Origin: Eledone cirrhosa | Taxonomy: Eukaryota | Direction of reading: 5' to 3' | NCBI GenBank assembly: GCA_964016885.1 | Contig: OZ024742.1 | Span: forward strand, 238,638,001-238,702,000 | Length of the DNA: 64,000 bases | Shown here: piece after piece, positions 59,202 to 64,000 of the stretch | Numbering within the stretch: position 1 is the stretch's first letter | Layout of the letters: the number at the start of each line of letters is the position of its first letter | The notes under the pieces: generated by a model | Database searches by the model: none | Told to the model about the DNA's origin: nothing | What the model saw: only the letters and a program-made list of their open reading frames with translations | Position numbers and translations under genes: made by a program

Positions 59202-60430
59202 CACAGGTTCTCAACCCATTTAGGCCAAATGCCCTCTTTTGCCCCTCAAAATCACAAATTTGTTATATTCCCACCAGGTGATACCAGCTATTTTGAACAT
59301 TTATACAAGAGCAACTCTGTCTATCCAAAGAGTGCTCTAATCTGGAGAAAGTGGCAATTATATCATTTCAAAGCTTTCCAATTTTCCCTTTAATGAAACG
59401 GACAGAATAAATGTTGATATCTAACTTGATGTCCCCCTCCGCTTTGTGAGCTTAGAGACCATGGAGGAGGGTTTTCATGACCATATAAGAGGGTATATTT
59501 ATTAGTAAATGGTAAAATATATACAACAAATGAGTAAGTGAATTGTGGTAGATGGTTTCAGACTGCGACTACAATTTAAAAAATTGTTAGTTTGCTTTGT
59601 AACAATAGCATATCCAAGTATTTGGATAAATCGACTTACTTTAACTTTGACCTCATTTCAATGGGACCCTTGAGCTTCGTGGAGTCTAGCTAACTCTTTG
59701 ATGTCAGGCTGGATTTTCGTAAGATGTAGCCGGAGATCTCTACGTGTAATTACAATGTAGTGGTTGCGAGCCTTACTGTGCAGTCTGGAAACAGCACCAA
59801 ACCCCCTCTCGACTAAGTATGAGCTTGGAAAAGGCAGAGTAAATATCTTAGCCTCTGTATGTAGGAGTGGAAATCGACGCTGAATTTCCTCTTGTATCCA
59901 AAAAGTGTTGTCGATGAATGACACAATGAACAGCAAATACAGATGGATTTTCTCTCTTCAGAAGAGACAAAACCCTTATGTTGGCCGACCAATGCTCTTG
60001 CGCCGTCTGTAGCACATGATACAATGTGTGGTATCTGCTTATGTGTTGCATGTGGTCCCAGATGTATGTATTACTTGCCTATGTATTGTATGTGGTCCTA
60101 GATGTGTGTATTACCTGCTTATGTGCTGTATGTGTGTGCTACCCGCTTCTGTTTTTTCTTTTCCCTTTTTTTTATTTGTAATATTATTTATACAATTGGG
60201 AATAAAATAGATCTACATAGTGTTAACTGAGTCAATAATTTCAGACATGAAATACATTGTTATCAGTGAAGGAAAGACAAGATTCTAACTGGCTGCGCTC
60301 AAAGTGTCCTTGACCCAGTTGACTGTGGATTTTTCTAATTTTAGGATCTCGATTGCCAGTTAATGTCTAGACACGCCTGCACACCTGCAGTCAGACCATA
60401 GTTATGCTGTCTGCATGCTCATTCAAATGC
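59202..60430 (-). mobile_element. hAT (Buster-like) element missing one end, with a transposase remnant
   Basis: Terminus cacaggttctcaacc; transposase pieces AVHCVIHRQH and LPFPSSYLVERGFGAV...RDLRLHLTKIQPDIKELARLHEAQGSH* at 59658-60010; 60090-60430 is an inverted copy of about 60930-61270. Confidence 0.82.
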
Positions 60431-60547
60431 ATTCACACTGGCTGTCTCAGAGACATATGAATGTGGCTTATAAAACTTACCCAAGTAAAGAGACTTCTAG
60501 CACCCCCCAAAGCTCTGAAACCCTTTAGCATTTACATTACTCTATAT

Positions 60548-61429
60548 CAAAGGTTCTCAACTCTCAACGGGGGGCATATGCACCCCCGGGGGGTGTTTCG
60601 GAACTCCAGAGAGGCGTTTAGGAGCAAGGTCGCGTGGGGGGGGGGGGGGGGGCGTTTGGAGCTGGGAGAGGGGGGTTACCATTTTTAGGATCTCAATTAC
60701 CGGACATGCCTGCACACCTGCGGTTTGAATGAGCTTGCAGACAGCATAACTATAGTCTGTGAGCAGGTGTGCAGGCATGTCTGGTAATTGAGATCCTAAA
60801 AATGGAAAAACCCACAGTCAACTGGGTCAAAGACACTTTGAGCGCAGCCAGTTAGAATCTTTGGCGTTTGGAGCTGGGAGAGGGGGGTTACCATTTTTAG
60901 GATCTCAATTACCGGACATGCCTGCACACCTGCGGTTTGAATGAGCTTGCAGACAGCATAACTATAGTCTGTGAGCAGGTGTGCAGGCATGTCTGGTAAT
61001 TGAGATCCTAAAAATGGAAAAACCCACAGTCAACTGGGTCAAAGACACTTTGAGCGCAGCCAGTTAGAATCTTATCTTTCCTTCACCGATAACAATGTAT
61101 TTCATGTCTGAAATTATTGACTCAACCGTAACGAGTTAACACTATGTAGATCTATTTTATTCCCTATTGTATAAATAATATTACAAATAAAAAAAAGAAA
61201 AGAAAAAAACAGAAGTGAGTAGAACACACATCTAGGACCACATACAATACATAATCAGATAATACACACATGTTTGGAATATTGTTCATCAATTTTTTAG
61301 TATCTACTGATATAAAAATCAGTAGTATATTGAAAAAGTGAAAAAATAGGGTGGCGGGGGGGGGGGGGGCGTTTCGTGATTTCGAGGGACAAAAGGGGGC
61401 GTTTGGCCTAAATGGGTTGAGAACCTGTG
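60548..61429 (+). mobile_element. Non-autonomous hAT element of the same family, with a 212-bp internal tandem duplication
   Basis: TIRs caaaggttctcaac / gttgagaacctgtg; perfect TSD ctctatat at 60540-60547 and 61430-61437; 60651-60861 repeated at 60863-61073. Confidence 0.87.
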
Positions 61430-64000
61430 CTCTATATATACTATTGTATTTTCATGGTAAAGGCTTTATCTTACATAATTATCTCAATATCAAATCTATG
61501 AGATTTCAATGTTATTTATTTTGAGAACAATGCCTTAACGACCAGTTTGAACAGAAAGAGGTGAGAAAATTGTGGCCGGATACAGCCAGTTTAAATGGTA
61601 AAGGATTAAATTACAGGTACAGTCCATCAGAGAAACTTCCATACAGTTTCCTTTACCCAATTATTCTCATAATGCCACACAATGGAATCAAACCAAGGAC
61701 TCTATGATTATGAAGTGACATCTTAATCACAGATTCATGCCTACATCTATATCTAATGATAGAAATACTATGTATTGTGTAAAAATCATAACACCTGATG
61801 ATGATTGAAGATCAAAGTGATTGGAATGTAATGTAGATGTTATCATCATCAAATATTGTATGCTCTTAGCAGGGTCAATACCATGGATGGCATTAGAGCA
61901 AAGCATGGGAAATTACAGGTATGTACATGATGGTGCTGTAATACCTTCCATAGGTGCTGGTAGGTCATGGTGGAAGCTGACTCACAGTCCACCTTGTAAG
62001 GTGATAGTGCTGGAGTTATGATAAAATGCTCCCAGTATACACTGTAAAGTTGTTGGCATTAAGAAGGGCATGCAGCCGTAGAAATCTAAGCCAGAAACAG
62101 AGAATACAAGTAAATGTGATTAAGTGACCAATCGTTCCTCAGAACATGACAACCCATCTAACCTAAGCAAGCCTAGAAAACAGACATTAAATCATAAGTG
62201 CAAAGACCCAGAGCAAATAGGACAAGACTTATTTTTGATGATGGTGCCCCAACATGGCCATGGCCAATTGTCTGACAAAGGGGTAAGTTATAATCTGGCA
62301 TTCTAATGAGTTTATCTTTGCCCTAGACTAGTACTTTATTTTTCAACCCCAAGAGTGAGATTTGAACCCCAAATGCTAAGAACTGAAACAAAATACTGGT
62401 GGTTGGTAGGTCACAGCAGGATTTGAACTTAGAATACAAAGAGCCAAAATACATACCACCTTAAACAAGTTCTTTATTTATCAACCCCAAAAGAATGAAA
62501 GGCGAAGTTGTGGGATTTGAATTCAGAATGCAAAGCGACAGAAAAAATACCACAATTGCTTTTTGACCACCTCTCTAACACCTCTACCAATTCTCTGCCT
62601 TAGTGTAGGTGTAAATATAGATTTCTAATTTAGGCACAAGGATAGCAAAACATTGGTGGAAAGGCAAAATAGACTAAAATAAACCCTAGTACTTGATTAG
62701 TACTTCATTTTATCAATCCCAGAAGAATGAAAGGCAAAATTAACTTTGGTGGGATATGAACTCAGAATATAAATAGTCAGAACATATACCACAATGGCAT
62801 TTTATCTAATGCTATACCAATTCTGCCAATCCACTACCTTTGTGTAGAAGTAAATATTAATAAATGTGTCATCATTGTTAAAGGTGAGGTTAATAGGCTG
62901 AAGAATTATTATCCTATTAACAACAATTCATCAGAGATAGTTAAATATGACAATTAAATATTTAATGGTTTCTAATTTTGGCACAAAACCAGGGGGTTGA
63001 TTATATCGACTCCAGTACTTGACTGCTACTTCATTTTATTGACCCCCAGCAGGATGAAAGGCAAAGTTGACCTCAGAACATAAAAGTGTGCAATAAATTT
63101 TATCCAGCACTAACAATTCTACAAATCCATATTTAAAGATAAAAAAATAATTAAAATAACTCTTTCTTTTAGTTTTTATTTTATTTGATAATAATTGTTT
63201 CTACTTTTGGCACAAGGCCAGCAATTATCCCAGTGCATTACTGGTACTTTATTTTATCGACCCCGTAAGGATGAAAGGCAAAGTTAACCTCGGCGGGATT
63301 TGAACTCAGAATGGTAAGGGCCGTAACTATGCGTCAAAGCATGGTGTCTGACCCTCTACCGATACTGCTAATCCATAATAATAATAATAATAATCTGTTC
63401 TTTTTGGTTAAAATTCCTGGCTTTTGCCTAGGAGGTTACTTAGGTTTGATTACTGACAAAGGAACAGAATTATTTTGGATGATGGTGCCCCAGCATGGCC
63501 ACAGCCAATTATTTTATAAAATAGGTTAGATACAATCAAAGTGAGAATACCATTATCATGAAAGATTTTCTAAAAGACAGTTTCTGGAATGAGAGTCAAT
63601 GCTGTATATACAGCCATATTCCATTAGTAAAAAATGCCATAAAATATATATTTTATAATATTTTTTGAAAATAGTTGCAGATCTATCTTAAAATAAATAT
63701 TAATATGCTAAGTGTTGAAATTTCTTTTAGAAAATTCTTTTAAAATAATTTCTTGAACTAACTCATTTGTAACCATATCATAATGTACTGCACGTTTAAA
63801 TTTTAGAAAAATCTAGAATTTGGAGGGGTTACAAAATAAATAACTTTCTAATATTATGTTTAGAACATAACCAAAAAAAAAAAAAAATCTTACAAGTATA
63901 GATTTAAATTTAAATAAGAACATTAACTCTTAACACCCTGTAATGATTTAGCAGAAAATATATAAAAATGGGCTTGTTAATTCAAATGTTTAGAGAATCT

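Overview
AT-rich metazoan genomic DNA; the SINE/LINE families and giant (TA)n arrays suggest an octopus or other cephalopod, which is an inference. The only host gene is a + strand SETD8/KMT5A (PR-Set7, H4K20 methyltransferase) with five coding exons between 28709 and 41120. Its first exon(s) are not visible, so the first 28.7 kb is probably intron. That region is a set of very large G-substituted (TA)n arrays interrupted by a Penelope fragment, an intact RTE LINE carrying a PHD finger, a truncated CR1/L2-type LINE, RTE fragments and a tRNA-derived SINE. It also holds the most notable feature: a near-identical 591-bp tandem dimer (13857-15013) in which each monomer carries a minus-strand type I hammerhead ribozyme with the rare U3-A8 core and a palindromic stem III, i.e. 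a candidate retrozyme able to release a 591-nt (possibly circular) RNA. Downstream of the gene are a decayed Helitron with both termini, hAT (Buster/Charlie-like) elements with 8-bp TSDs including a head-to-head palindromic pair, and many SINE and MITE relics. The long Tyr/Ile-rich ORFs in the ORF track are microsatellite artefacts.
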